Counted from the first letter of the stretch, positions 47,405-56,465 are shown. The stretch is 64,000 nt of DNA from an uncultured Candidatus Saccharibacteria bacterium (GCA_964456475.1 CAYVZI010000007.1:294-64293); one strand, 5' to 3'. Numbers and translations: made by a program. Notes: generated from the letters alone by a model not told the origin.

Positions 47405-48448
47405 ATGATCAGTAACCTCAAAAAATTTCTTCCTCGATTCTTACCTATTTTTCTTTTCGTTATTACTGTTTTTTTTGCTCTATCAGCACCGAATGCATTT
47501 GCTTTGACCATCACACCTATTCGTTTTGAGCTTAAGGCTAATCCGGGTCAAACGATCAAACAAGAAATTACACTTTTCAACGAACACGAAACTGAAGAAA
47601 TTTTGTATGTTTCGTATGCCAATTTTGAGGCATCGGGAGATAGTGGAAATCCTACCTTTGTTGAACCCAAGGATGGTCTTGGTACTTGGATGAATGCAGC
47701 CGAGAAGGTGACTATCGCTCCAAAATCATCACAAATTGTACCACTCGTTATTACTCTCCCACACGATGCAACACCAGGTGGTCATTTTGCGGTGGCTTTC
47801 TGGGGTACCGTTCCACCAAAGAGTACGAGTAATCAGGTATCTATTGGTTCAAAGACAGGAGTTCTCGTGCTCCTTTCGGTTTCTGGAGCTGTAAGCGAAG
47901 ATGGTGGAATTATCGAATTTGATACAAAGGACAAAAAGAACTTTTACACTTCGCTTCCAGTTAGTTTTTTTTACAAATTTCAAAACAATGGAGGAGATCG
48001 GGTAAAGCCTACAGGAAATATCATAATCAAAAATATGATTGGTATTACAGCGTCAAAAGTTCAAGGAAATCCTGTTGATGGAAATGTGCTTCCAAACAGT
48101 ACTCGAAAAATTGAAACAGTATGGCAAGGCAAGGACGGTGATACTCCTATCGATGATGTTGATCAAGGTAATTTTTTTACCAAAGCAGGTCGTGAGTGGC
48201 GTAATTTTGCATTCGGTTATTACAAAGCCAATCTTTCGCTTTCATACGGTACAAAAAATCAGGTAACAATGGCAAGTGTTGGAATTTGGGTTTTTCCGTG
48301 GCATCTCCTGATACTTATACTCATTGTTGGATGTATTGCATACATCGCACTTCGAAAGGGTATTAGTCACTACAACAACTGGGTTATTTCACGAGCTGAA
48401 GACATGCTACGACGGGAACATGTTCGTCGTAGTAAAAAACAACAGTAA
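47405..48448 (+). CDS. DUF916/DUF3324-like Ig-fold cell-surface protein with C-terminal TM anchor (CscA-like; alternatively PapD-like chaperone fold)
   Basis: Signal peptide, LTITPIRFELKANPGQTIKQEITLFNEHE beta-sandwich pattern, second Ig-like region (GNIIIKNMIGITASKVQGNPVDGNVLPNSTRKIETVWQG), then TM helix and basic tail (RKGISHYNN...RRSKKQQ). Architecture recalled from Firmicutes WxL-locus partner proteins. Confidence 0.6.
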   Translation: MISNLKKFLPRFLPIFLFVITVFFALSAPNAFALTITPIRFELKANPGQTIKQEITLFNEHETEEILYVSYANFEASGDSGNPTFVEPKDGLGTWMNAAEKVTIAPKSSQIVPLVITLPHDATPGGHFAVAFWGTVPPKSTSNQVSIGSKTGVLVLLSVSGAVSEDGGIIEFDTKDKKNFYTSLPVSFFYKFQNNGGDRVKPTGNIIIKNMIGITASKVQGNPVDGNVLPNSTRKIETVWQGKDGDTPIDDVDQGNFFTKAGREWRNFAFGYYKANLSLSYGTKNQVTMASVGIWVFPWHLLILILIVGCIAYIALRKGISHYNNWVISRAEDMLRREHVRRSKKQQ

Positions 48449-48453
48449 TCGCC

Positions 48454-49377
48454 ATGCGTACCTCTCTTCTTATACTACTCTCTATTTTGGGATGTGTTTT
48501 TATTGTAAAGACGTCTTTTGCTGTTGAAGTTAGTTCTGGAGGAAGTGCGACTGTGACAGCTTGCGTCGGTAGTAGCTGTGATGGAGGTGGAGGCGGCGGG
48601 GGTGGTGGAGGCGGCGGGGGTGGAGGAGGCGGTGGCGGCGGGGGGTATGGAACACCGACGAGCATTAGTTTTTCTGGTAGAGCGTACCCGCTCTCACGAG
48701 TGGTAATTCTTAAAGACGGTCAAGAGGTACTGAATACAATTTCGGGACCCGATGCGCGATTTTCACTCTCTATTTCAAATTTGACTGCCGGGATGTCTAC
48801 GTTTTCAATTCTCTCGGAAGATAAGACTGGACGTCGTTCGACGTTGTTTACGATTCCTATTTCAATTACGGCTGGGACATCGTCAGTTATTTCCGGAGTT
48901 TTTCTTTCGCCCACAATTGACGTCGATAAAAGAACAGTAAGAAAGGGTGATCCTATTACAATTTTTGGCGTCACGGCTCCTGGTTCTGAAGTGACTATCA
49001 CGGTCAATTCGCTTACTCCACATTTGTTGAGCACGATGTCTGACGAAGATGGTGCATATTTTTATACGTTCAATACGGCACCACTTGAATATGGGCGACA
49101 TAGTACTCGATCAAAAGCCGAAATCACTTCCACAAACGAAGTCACATCGTATGGTTCTGTTGTGTCGTTTGATGTGGGCTCTGTCACAACCCTAAAGAAT
49201 GGCTGTGATACGCTCAAAGGTGATTTTAGCACTGACTGTCGTGTGAACTTAATTGATTTTTCAATTATTTCGTATTGGTATAAGCGTGTTGGCTTTTCGT
49301 CAAAAATTGACCTGAACGGTGATGGTAAGATTACTTTTGTTGACTTCTCAATCATGGCGTACTATTGGACAGGCTAA
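48454..49377 (+). CDS. secreted protein with 23-residue poly-Gly linker, Ig-like domain and C-terminal dockerin-like module
   Basis: Signal peptide; G23 tract; two dockerin-type Ca-binding segments at the C-terminus (DFSTDCRVNLIDFSIISYWYKR and DLNGDGKITFVDFSIMAYYWTG). Confidence 0.65.
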   Translation: MRTSLLILLSILGCVFIVKTSFAVEVSSGGSATVTACVGSSCDGGGGGGGGGGGGGGGGGGGGGYGTPTSISFSGRAYPLSRVVILKDGQEVLNTISGPDARFSLSISNLTAGMSTFSILSEDKTGRRSTLFTIPISITAGTSSVISGVFLSPTIDVDKRTVRKGDPITIFGVTAPGSEVTITVNSLTPHLLSTMSDEDGAYFYTFNTAPLEYGRHSTRSKAEITSTNEVTSYGSVVSFDVGSVTTLKNGCDTLKGDFSTDCRVNLIDFSIISYWYKRVGFSSKIDLNGDGKITFVDFSIMAYYWTG

Positions 49378-49380
49378 CTG

Positions 49381-49417
49381 ACTAGTAAGTAGAAAATAGA
49401 TAGTAGAAAGTAGAGAA
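49381..49417 (+). repeat. stop-codon-rich repeat (copy d)
   Basis: actagtaagtagaaaatagatagtagaaagtagagaa; shares a 30-nt identical core with copy e at 62821..62850. Confidence 0.65.
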
Positions 49418-49421
49418 TACA

Positions 49422-50363
49422 ATGCAAAAAATAGTAATACACAAACAAAATAACCCTCTCCACAAGAATGTAATTCGAGTTTTTTCTACTTTCTATTTTC
49501 TGCTTTCTATTTTCTGCTTCGTAACCGAAGCACACGCGGCCGATTCTCAAATGCAATTTGTGCTACCCTCGAGCTCTGTTGGAGTCGGCGATGAATTTGC
49601 TGTACCACTGACACTCCGAAGTGGTGATCAAAAGGTGAATACAATAAGCGGTGATATTGTTTTTTCAGATTCTACGGTTCGACTCGCTCGTGTGTCTACT
49701 GCAAATTCGATTATAACTTCATGGATCGATCAACCGATTCTTTCAGGGAATTCGGTCACCTTTTCTGGAATTATTGCAGGTGGTTTTGAAGGTGTTATTG
49801 ATCCAACAACCAACACACGTACTGATGGTGTTGTGATTACTTTGTATTTTGAGGCGACTCATCAAGGTACGGCTTCAATTTCCTTTGCTGATTTTCATGC
49901 ATATCTCAATGACGGCATGGGGACAGAAGCAACACTCTCCTTGCTTCCACTTACTTTTGTTGTTGAAAAGATTGGTACAGGAATGAAGTCTGATATACTA
50001 GATACAGTTCCTCCAGAATCATTTACTCCAATTGTTTCTGCTATACCTGATTTGTACGACGGTGCGTATGCACTATTCTTTCAAACAACAGACAAAGGAT
50101 CAGGACTCAGTCATTATGAAGTGAGCGAAGCATTCGGACCCTGGAAGAGGGTAACGAGTCCGCACCTGCTTTCAGATCAATCGCTCCGTGGTCCAATTCG
50201 AGTAAAAGCGGTTGATGAGGCCGGTAATTACAGAATCGAAACAATGCCAGGGGCTGGTCTATTCAACAAAAATATACTTTTGATTCCGTTTGGTCTTGTG
50301 GGGCTACTTGTATTATGGATTTTCCTTGTGTACAAAAAGAAAATGAAGAAAAAATATATATAA
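49422..50363 (+). CDS. cohesin-domain surface protein with C-terminal TM anchor
   Basis: Signal peptide (AHAADS), cohesin-like beta-sandwich (QMQFVLPSSSVGVGDEFAVPLTLRSGDQKVNTISGDIVFSDSTVRLARVS...VVITLYFEATHQGTASISF), Ig/FN3-like middle (VKAVDEAGN), C-terminal TM + KKKMKKKYI. The N-terminal codons overlap an inverted copy of the stop-rich repeat (49486..49525). Confidence 0.65.
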   Translation: MQKIVIHKQNNPLHKNVIRVFSTFYFLLSIFCFVTEAHAADSQMQFVLPSSSVGVGDEFAVPLTLRSGDQKVNTISGDIVFSDSTVRLARVSTANSIITSWIDQPILSGNSVTFSGIIAGGFEGVIDPTTNTRTDGVVITLYFEATHQGTASISFADFHAYLNDGMGTEATLSLLPLTFVVEKIGTGMKSDILDTVPPESFTPIVSAIPDLYDGAYALFFQTTDKGSGLSHYEVSEAFGPWKRVTSPHLLSDQSLRGPIRVKAVDEAGNYRIETMPGAGLFNKNILLIPFGLVGLLVLWIFLVYKKKMKKKYI

Positions 50364-50372
50364 TTTTACAAA

Positions 50373-51932
50373 ATGAACAAGAGGTTACTCACATCATTTA
50401 CAGTACTCGGATTTTTGCTTCTTTCTATTGCAACGCCTGTGTTTGCAGCAGATTTGTTGATTACTCCAAGTTCAGGATCCTATTCTGTGGGTAGGGATTT
50501 TACTGTATTGATCAAGGTTTCCACACCAGACCAATCTGCAAACGCATTTTCTGGCGAGATTGGCTATCCTACCGACAAACTTAGAGTACAGAATGTTTCA
50601 AAATCAAACTCAATAATCAACTATTGGCCGACAGAACCATCTGTATCTTCTGGAATCATAAAATACGAAGGAGTAAGTGTGAACCCTGGCTATACTGGTT
50701 CCTCTGGAACATTGCTTCAAATTACGTTTCGTACGCTTGCACCCGGAGTTGCGACTGTGAGATTCAAATCTGCGTCAGTTTTGGCCAATGATGGTCTTGC
50801 CACAAGTATTCTCAACAATCTTGGAATCGGTTCGTATACAATCAAGACACTCGATGTTCCCATTGAAGACATTCCAACAAAGGTGACTGCAGTACCCGGG
50901 TTACCCGAAGCACCTCAGGTGACTTCAAGTACTCACCCTGACCAGACATTGTGGTACAAAAACAATACGCCACTCATAAACTGGACAATACCTAGCGGAA
51001 TTTCCGGTGTAGGTCTCATGGTCAACGAAACTGCGACCACAATTCCTACCGTGCGGTCTCTCGGACGTGTCACGGGATATAACATTGCGAAACTTACCGA
51101 TGGGGAGTGGTATGCGCACGTTCGCTATTTGAATGGAAACGGATGGGGTACTACAGCGCATTATCGATTTGGAATAGACACCGTACCTCCGACTGATTTT
51201 GCTATTACCCCAAATATTCCTGAAAAAGATGCCACAACCGCCACACTTTCTTTGTCTACGACTGATACTGTGTCTGGAATTGATCGATATATCTTGAGTA
51301 TTGATGGAGGTGCTCCAATTGTCGTTCCTGCGACAATGGTATGGGAGACTCCAGTGTTGCCACCAGGTAATCATACGGTGGTAGGAGAAGTATTCGATAA
51401 GGCTGGCAACAGTAAGAGTGTAACGGCTACATTTACAACGACTGGAATTCCAGCTCCAACAATTACTACCTATCCAAAGGAATTGAAGACGGGAGAGACT
51501 CTTATTATAACTGGAAGTGCACATCCGAAATCGACAGTTCTGATTTCGATTACAGAGAAGACTGACAATAAATATTCGTTTGGATCAATCGTATATCAAA
51601 AGAACGATAGTCCAGATGTAGAAGAAGTCGTCGCTGATGCACAAGGAGCATTTACATTTATTTACGATAAGAAGGTAAAGAGCGGTACATACACACTCTC
51701 TGCTGTCACCAAGTTTGGAGTATATGAAAGTGCTTCCAGTAATTCCGTTACGATTAATGTAACGCAGTCGTTGTTTATGCGACTTCTCGGGTTGTTTATC
51801 CAGTACTTCAACATAATCGTTTCTTGTATAGCTATCATCTCATTGTTTATTTCGGTAATGCTGTATCGCGAGATCAAAAAAATCCACAGGCACATCGGCT
51901 ATCCGGAAGGAGGCCCAAAGCCGATGGTTTAG
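50373..51932 (+). CDS. cohesin-domain surface protein with Ig/FN3-like repeats and C-terminal TM anchor
   Basis: Signal peptide, cohesin-like N-terminal domain (DLLITPSSGSYSVGRDFTVLIKVSTPDQSANAFSGEIGYPTDKLRVQNVS...LLQITFRTLAPGVATVRF), FN3-like modules (VFDKAGNSKS), C-terminal TM (IIVSCIAIISLFISVMLY) and charged tail. Confidence 0.65.
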   Translation: MNKRLLTSFTVLGFLLLSIATPVFAADLLITPSSGSYSVGRDFTVLIKVSTPDQSANAFSGEIGYPTDKLRVQNVSKSNSIINYWPTEPSVSSGIIKYEGVSVNPGYTGSSGTLLQITFRTLAPGVATVRFKSASVLANDGLATSILNNLGIGSYTIKTLDVPIEDIPTKVTAVPGLPEAPQVTSSTHPDQTLWYKNNTPLINWTIPSGISGVGLMVNETATTIPTVRSLGRVTGYNIAKLTDGEWYAHVRYLNGNGWGTTAHYRFGIDTVPPTDFAITPNIPEKDATTATLSLSTTDTVSGIDRYILSIDGGAPIVVPATMVWETPVLPPGNHTVVGEVFDKAGNSKSVTATFTTTGIPAPTITTYPKELKTGETLIITGSAHPKSTVLISITEKTDNKYSFGSIVYQKNDSPDVEEVVADAQGAFTFIYDKKVKSGTYTLSAVTKFGVYESASSNSVTINVTQSLFMRLLGLFIQYFNIIVSCIAIISLFISVMLYREIKKIHRHIGYPEGGPKPMV

Positions 51933-52093
51933 CTATCCTCAAAAACAGTCAAAAAGCCTTAAAAATAAGGCTCTTTGACTGTTTTAGGGTATAAATTACT
52001 TGACAAATATAATATAATATGGTAATATATAAATGAAAAGGTGTGGCATTCAGCTACTCCGCAAAAATACAAACAAACTAAAATTGTATATTT

Positions 52094-52459
52094 ATGAAAA
52101 GTGTTCTTTTAAGTATCGCCATGTTAGTAATCATCGTGTTGACCTCAAACCAGGCTAGTGCTCAGACTTTGGGCACATATGAGCCAAAGGTGATGAGTGA
52201 AAACTTCACTATTGGTGGAGTTCAGATTACGATGAAATGGTTCTCGGAAACGGGAATCCATTATTACGGTAAAGACATACTGAATAAGTATGTCACCATC
52301 AAAAACGGCGTAATTTACGCCAAACCCTGCTGTGACAGGCCGGTGTCCATTACGGTGGACACAAACAGCGGCCAAGCTGTACACTTTGTACAGCCGGGTG
52401 ACAAAAAAATTATTCTCGCTCGCACCAGCGAAAAGGCACGCATCGAACTGCAGTTTTAG
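52094..52459 (+). CDS. small secreted protein
   Basis: Signal peptide MKSVLLSIAMLVIIVLTSNQASAQ; 121 aa; own terminator. Confidence 0.5.
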   Translation: MKSVLLSIAMLVIIVLTSNQASAQTLGTYEPKVMSENFTIGGVQITMKWFSETGIHYYGKDILNKYVTIKNGVIYAKPCCDRPVSITVDTNSGQAVHFVQPGDKKIILARTSEKARIELQF

Positions 52460-52478
52460 TAGCAGTTCATAATATTCA

Positions 52479-52509
52479 AAAGAGCCGGATTTAATTCGGC
52501 TCTTTTTTT
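52479..52509 (+). terminator. rho-independent terminator
   Basis: AGAGCCG-gatttaatt-CGGCTCT + T7. Confidence 0.7.
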
Positions 52510-52559
52510 GTTTTGACATCAAGCAATACTATTGGTATTGTTATGAAAAATACGGGTTT

Positions 52560-52904
52560 ATGAAAAAAAAGATATTGATTGTTGAAGATCTTGAATTACA
52601 AAATTTCATATATAGAGAACAAATGGAGCGTTATTTTGAACTTCTTTTTGCAACCACTCATCAGGAGGCACTCAAGCTCTTTTCAGATAATTCTGATATA
52701 GAATTGATCGTCATGGATGCTTATTTGGAAGGGGATACTCCGGACACTATTCCGTTGGTGACTTATTTTAGAAAGTCTTTTTCTAAAACAATTATTGCCA
52801 CTTCGAGCGATATTAAATACCGCAAGTATTTACTAAGCGCCGGATGCGACCTCGAGTGCGACAAAAATGAGGTGGCAAAGGTTGTAAGGAAGATTTTACA
52901 ATAA
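52560..52904 (+). CDS. stand-alone CheY-like response regulator receiver protein
   Basis: KILIVEDLEL, phospho-acceptor region ELIVMDAYL, conserved T (IIATSS) and K. Confidence 0.6.
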   Translation: MKKKILIVEDLELQNFIYREQMERYFELLFATTHQEALKLFSDNSDIELIVMDAYLEGDTPDTIPLVTYFRKSFSKTIIATSSDIKYRKYLLSAGCDLECDKNEVAKVVRKILQ

Positions 52905-52907
52905 CCA

Positions 52908-52938
52908 ATCACCGCTGATTTTCAGCGGTGATTTTTTA
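52908..52938 (+). terminator. rho-independent terminator
   Basis: TCACCGCTGA-tttt-TCAGCGGTGA + T-run. Confidence 0.75.
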
Positions 52939-53075
52939 TGAGGTATTTTGACACGTACTAATTTTTGTAGTATTGTTCAATCGAAATTGTATATCCTGTC
53001 GCTATTTCATGGTATTACACCAGTTCCAATTTTTTTGGCGCAAGACGGGTTTCCTTTACAAATAAATAGTACTAA

Positions 53076-53807
53076 ATGAAACAGATTACATTTCCACCCA
53101 ATGGGCAAACAACCGACCTTCAATTGGCAAGTTTTTTTAGAATAACTCATGAATTAGGTGATCGCTATAAGAGGGGCTTACTACCTCATGATTTTACCCT
53201 ACAAGGACTTCAGCAACTGCTTGAAAATAAATACTCATTTCAAACTGATTTTGGTGTATTTAAACTCTTTGGACACTCTATTAAAGTTTACGACGTTCAA
53301 ACGAGAAGCGGATATGGACCTGAGGAATTTTTTAAAGAAGAAAACATTCCAAATATTGCTAAAGCGGAAAGGCTACCATACACAGAAGAGTTTATTCAAA
53401 GCTTCAAGGTAGATAGTGCCAGCACAGCCCAACTTATTGTTTTGGCACCATATCGCTTCCCAGAAAAAGCAAATATCGAGTATATACTCGATGAAATAAG
53501 TAATCAAAGATTATTTCCGAAGATCACGTTGGGTCATATGGAAGGCATGCTAAAAAATTATACCTCTGGATTTTCACGCGATGAGGCCCTGTTTGAGGGT
53601 ATTGATGGTAACTATTTCCCGATTCGCGATAATCAAAAACAAATATGGCTAATCCGTGTATGGCTGCATTCAGATGGACACTGGTATTATAAGTTTATTA
53701 ATTCAGCTGATTTTTCGAAAGAAAAGTTGCGTCCAAATGGACGATTGTGGCTAATTTCAAGGAAGGACTATCTTGCAAATGGAAATGATTGTAGCAGCTT
53801 CGTTTAA
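53076..53807 (+). CDS. hypothetical protein
   Basis: 243-aa ORF, no motif. Confidence 0.5.
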   Translation: MKQITFPPNGQTTDLQLASFFRITHELGDRYKRGLLPHDFTLQGLQQLLENKYSFQTDFGVFKLFGHSIKVYDVQTRSGYGPEEFFKEENIPNIAKAERLPYTEEFIQSFKVDSASTAQLIVLAPYRFPEKANIEYILDEISNQRLFPKITLGHMEGMLKNYTSGFSRDEALFEGIDGNYFPIRDNQKQIWLIRVWLHSDGHWYYKFINSADFSKEKLRPNGRLWLISRKDYLANGNDCSSFV

Positions 53808-53940
53808 TTGACGAATAGAAAGTTGAAAATTATCAGTAGTAGTACATTAAATACAGCTCTCACCTGCTGTATTTTTTTATATTGACGAATTGCGATGAAA
53901 TGATAGTGTAAAGTAAAATCACTTATTTAATCAATCTGAT

Positions 53941-54387
53941 ATGACAAACGAGATATTAAAGGCCAAAGAAATCCTCAATAAAAGGTTTTGTTTTATGGAA
54001 TGGCAGGCAATCGATGCTCGAGCATGTGGCGAAACTCTTATGAAAATGGATGACATCGAATACCTGCTGTCTTTAGATGGTTTTGCAAAAGGCGATGTTG
54101 TTTCTTTTGCTTCAATAAATGAGGAGTCGTATGATTCGTCGTTGTTATTTGAGACCATAGAAACTGCCAAGAACACAGGCAAGCAAGGTGTGCGCATAAT
54201 GTGCACGATTTTAACTGGTCCGGATAGTGTCAGATTAAGGAAGAGCGGTTACTATATCGTTGATGCAGGACACGGGTCAGTAATCTGGGATGAAATTTAT
54301 TTTTCAGAAGAGGCCTATATCAAAAGCCAAATAGCAAGTTTTCAAAACTTGTTTGGAGGACTTAAGAGTATTGCTCAAATGATTTAG
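53941..54387 (+). CDS. hypothetical protein
   Basis: 148-aa ORF, no motif. Confidence 0.45.
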   Translation: MTNEILKAKEILNKRFCFMEWQAIDARACGETLMKMDDIEYLLSLDGFAKGDVVSFASINEESYDSSLLFETIETAKNTGKQGVRIMCTILTGPDSVRLRKSGYYIVDAGHGSVIWDEIYFSEEAYIKSQIASFQNLFGGLKSIAQMI

Positions 54388-54407
54388 TATTTGAATACGA
54401 AAACTGT

Positions 54408-54441
54408 AAAAATGCAAAGGAAATGCCCTTTGCATTTTTTA
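54408..54441. terminator. bidirectional rho-independent terminator
   Basis: ATGCAAAGG-aaatgc-CCTTTGCAT flanked by A-run and T-run, between convergent ORFs. Confidence 0.7.
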
Positions 54442-54459
54442 TTAGGAAACCTTGGTGTG

Positions 54460-54672
54460 TTAATCTTCCAGATTGATTTTACCCTCTGCGATTTTAAAAC
54501 AAGTATTTTCCAGCATAAAAAGTTTGTGTTGCAGCTCTCTTAGGGTGTTGAGTTCTGAGATGAAAACCTGAGCTACTTTAGGGTTTTTTAAAAAGGCTAA
54601 AATATGCTTATCATATTCCGTATTGTACTTTTGCCACTCATCAGCGATTTTTTCAAATTCTTCTCTTTTCAT
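54460..54672 (-). CDS. hypothetical small helical protein
   Basis: 70-aa ORF convergent with the upstream gene and sharing the terminator. Confidence 0.35.
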   Translation of the reverse strand: MKREEFEKIADEWQKYNTEYDKHILAFLKNPKVAQVFISELNTLRELQHKLFMLENTCFKIAEGKINLED

Positions 54673-54781
54673 GAGTATATTTTAGCATTTTATATGAATT
54701 ATTTAACATAATGATACTAAATTTTATTTTAAAAAAAGAGGGACAGGTAGGGTTAAATGGATCCTGTCTCACAAAGTCGGG

Positions 54782-55444
54782 TTGGTTGTTTTAAAACAGC
54801 AGAATGACCATTCTCGTGCGTCTCAAAAATCCTTTACTTTAATTAATTTTCATGTTAAAATAAAAGAAAATTCTAGTATTATGAAACCAATCGACTCAGT
54901 ACATTTACAGAAATTTTACGGAATACTAACTGAAATTGATAAGATATTTCCGCTAAACATGTCAAATATCCGCTCAGTAATTGAGACTAAGGGAAAGAAA
55001 TCATTTCCTGCAAACGAAAAGACAGCCGTGGCTCTTGCGGTAACAGATAACATACGGGATCAATGCAAACCGTATGTTCCAGTTATAGCTATTACCTCTG
55101 CCCCTCATCATTTATCCGACCACGTAGGAATACTAGAGCTTAAAATTATGGATAGTAGAAAAAACTCTGCTGATGGACTAAGCTTTATCGCATGGTTGTC
55201 AGTTTTTCCAAGCGGCAGAATGATTTTTGGAATGGATGGAGCCAGTCTTGATTCCAATGGAAAAAATATTGTTATCAACGAAGACGTGGCGCGTCGCGAC
55301 CATAAGTTTTTTGCTGAGAATACCCTGGTTCGCAATTTGCGAGTGACAATGCTTCAGGTTTTTAGGTCTAAAGAAACAATCGCAATCGATGCAAAAGCAC
55401 AACTACTCAGAATCTTTTCCGAACAAATCCCTCAGAATAACTAG
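54782..55444 (+). CDS. hypothetical protein
   Basis: 220-aa ORF (a later start MKPIDSV is possible); own terminator. Confidence 0.45.
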   Translation: MVVLKQQNDHSRASQKSFTLINFHVKIKENSSIMKPIDSVHLQKFYGILTEIDKIFPLNMSNIRSVIETKGKKSFPANEKTAVALAVTDNIRDQCKPYVPVIAITSAPHHLSDHVGILELKIMDSRKNSADGLSFIAWLSVFPSGRMIFGMDGASLDSNGKNIVINEDVARRDHKFFAENTLVRNLRVTMLQVFRSKETIAIDAKAQLLRIFSEQIPQNN

Positions 55445-55461
55445 GATTTGTAGAACTACTA

Positions 55462-55496
55462 CCGCCTATAAAGCATCACTTTATAGGCGGTTTTTT
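55462..55496 (+). terminator. rho-independent terminator
   Basis: CCGCCTATAAAG-catca-CTTTATAGGCGG + T6. Confidence 0.75.
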
Positions 55497-55549
55497 ATAT
55501 CCCGACCTTCTCATTTACATATTCCTACGGGGAAGTGGGTACAAGGATC

Positions 55550-55599
55550 GGTCAGGAATAATTTTGCTATCGTCAAAGCAAAATTTTCACGACCCTGAC
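55550..55599. repeat. palindromic REP-like element, copy 1
   Basis: ggtcaggaataattttgctatcgtcaaagcaaaattttcacgaccctgac; internally self-complementary (GGTCAGG...CCTGACC arms around AATTTTGC...GCAAAATT). A second copy is at 56516..56564. Confidence 0.65.
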
Positions 55600-55727
55600 T
55601 CGCCATTTTTTGTGCTCAATAAATATGGCTGCGTCTTTCGATTCTCCGACACGAGACAAGTAGTTGTCTCGTTTAGAGTCACCGAACAAAAATGGCTCGA
55701 CCAAAGTCGAGCGCATTTTTGAACCGG

Positions 55728-55799
55728 TGACTCTACGGGGAATCGAACCCCGATTTAATCCTTGAGAAGGATCTGTCCTAACCGTTAGACGATAGAGCC
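55728..55799 (-). tRNA. tRNA-Glu (anticodon CTC)
   Basis: Reverse complement: acceptor GGCTCTA/TAGAGTC (one G-U pair), D-arm GTCT-AACGGTTA-GGAC, anticodon stem GATCC/GGATT with loop TTCTCAA, T-arm CGGGG-TTCGATT-CCCCG, discriminator A. Confidence 0.7.
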
Positions 55800-55920
55800 A
55801 ATATTAAATTTATACACAACCCCGATTTCAGTCACTCATAAATCGTTGTTACGATTTTGTGCGACCCCGACTCAGACCGCCGTCTTCCGTCTTTAATAAA
55901 GCATCCCATGCTTTATTAAC

Positions 55921-55958
55921 TTGAGAAGGATCTGTCCTAACCGTTAGACGATAGAGCC
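55921..55958 (-). pseudogene. duplicate of tRNA-Glu positions 1-38 (5-prime end through the anticodon loop)
   Basis: 38 nt identical to 55762..55799, lying ~120 nt upstream of the intact tRNA on the same strand. It ends exactly at the 37/38 anticodon-loop position. Confidence 0.7.
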
Positions 55959-56068
55959 TTAATAAAACAAGCTTACATTAGCACATTTTGTGTCAAGTGT
56001 AAATATTTTGACTAGAGTGATATAATAGTTACAGAAAAATATTATTAATTAGTACTAAGAAGTATTTT

Positions 56069-56308
56069 ATGCACAAAGTTTCAATCTACACGACAGACAC
56101 CTGTCACTACTGTCATCTTGCAAAGGATTATTTTAAGGAAAATAATGTTGCCTATGATGAATTTAACGTAGGAGTTGATATGGTCAAGCGAAAGGAGATG
56201 GTAGAACTCTCAAAACAGCTCGGAGTACCGGTTATCAAAATTGACGATTCATTCGTGGTTGGTTTTGATCAGCCCAAAATCGCCTCACTTCTTGGACTTT
56301 CAGCTTAA
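56069..56308 (+). CDS. glutaredoxin-like protein (NrdH/YruB-type)
   Basis: 79 aa, CHYC active site at the N-terminus, thioredoxin-fold pattern (VSIYTTDTCHYCHLAKDYF...VPVIKIDD). Confidence 0.8.
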   Translation: MHKVSIYTTDTCHYCHLAKDYFKENNVAYDEFNVGVDMVKRKEMVELSKQLGVPVIKIDDSFVVGFDQPKIASLLGLSA

Positions 56309-56356
56309 GTAAAAAATGTGTATGCTAAAGACACCCTAACGGGTGTTTTTAGATTA

Positions 56357-56428
56357 GCCCCCGTAGTTCAATGGATAGAACAGTCCCGTCCTAAGGGATA
56401 GATGCACGTTCGATTCGTACCGGGGGCA
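56357..56428 (+). tRNA. tRNA-Arg (anticodon CCT)
   Basis: Acceptor GCCCCCG/CGGGGGC, D-arm GTTC-AATGGATA-GAAC, anticodon stem GTCCC/GGGAT with loop GTCCTAA, T-arm CACG-TTCGATT-CGTA region, discriminator A. Confidence 0.75.
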
Positions 56429-56437
56429 CGAGATGGA

Positions 56438-56465
56438 AAAGAGCGAATCTACTTCGCTCTTTTTC
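56438..56465 (+). terminator. rho-independent terminator after tRNA-Arg
   Basis: AAAGAGCGAA-tctac-TTCGCTCTTT + T-run. Confidence 0.7.

Noticed and set aside
48577-48645. Possible CRISPR-like or tandem repeat array at the GC-rich tract.
   Set aside because: It is a GGN microsatellite inside a coding region with no spacer-repeat structure. No CRISPR array was seen anywhere in the window.
48384-48665. Poly-proline ORF on the minus strand.
   Set aside because: It is the reverse complement of the GGN tract encoding the poly-Gly linker of ORF 48454.
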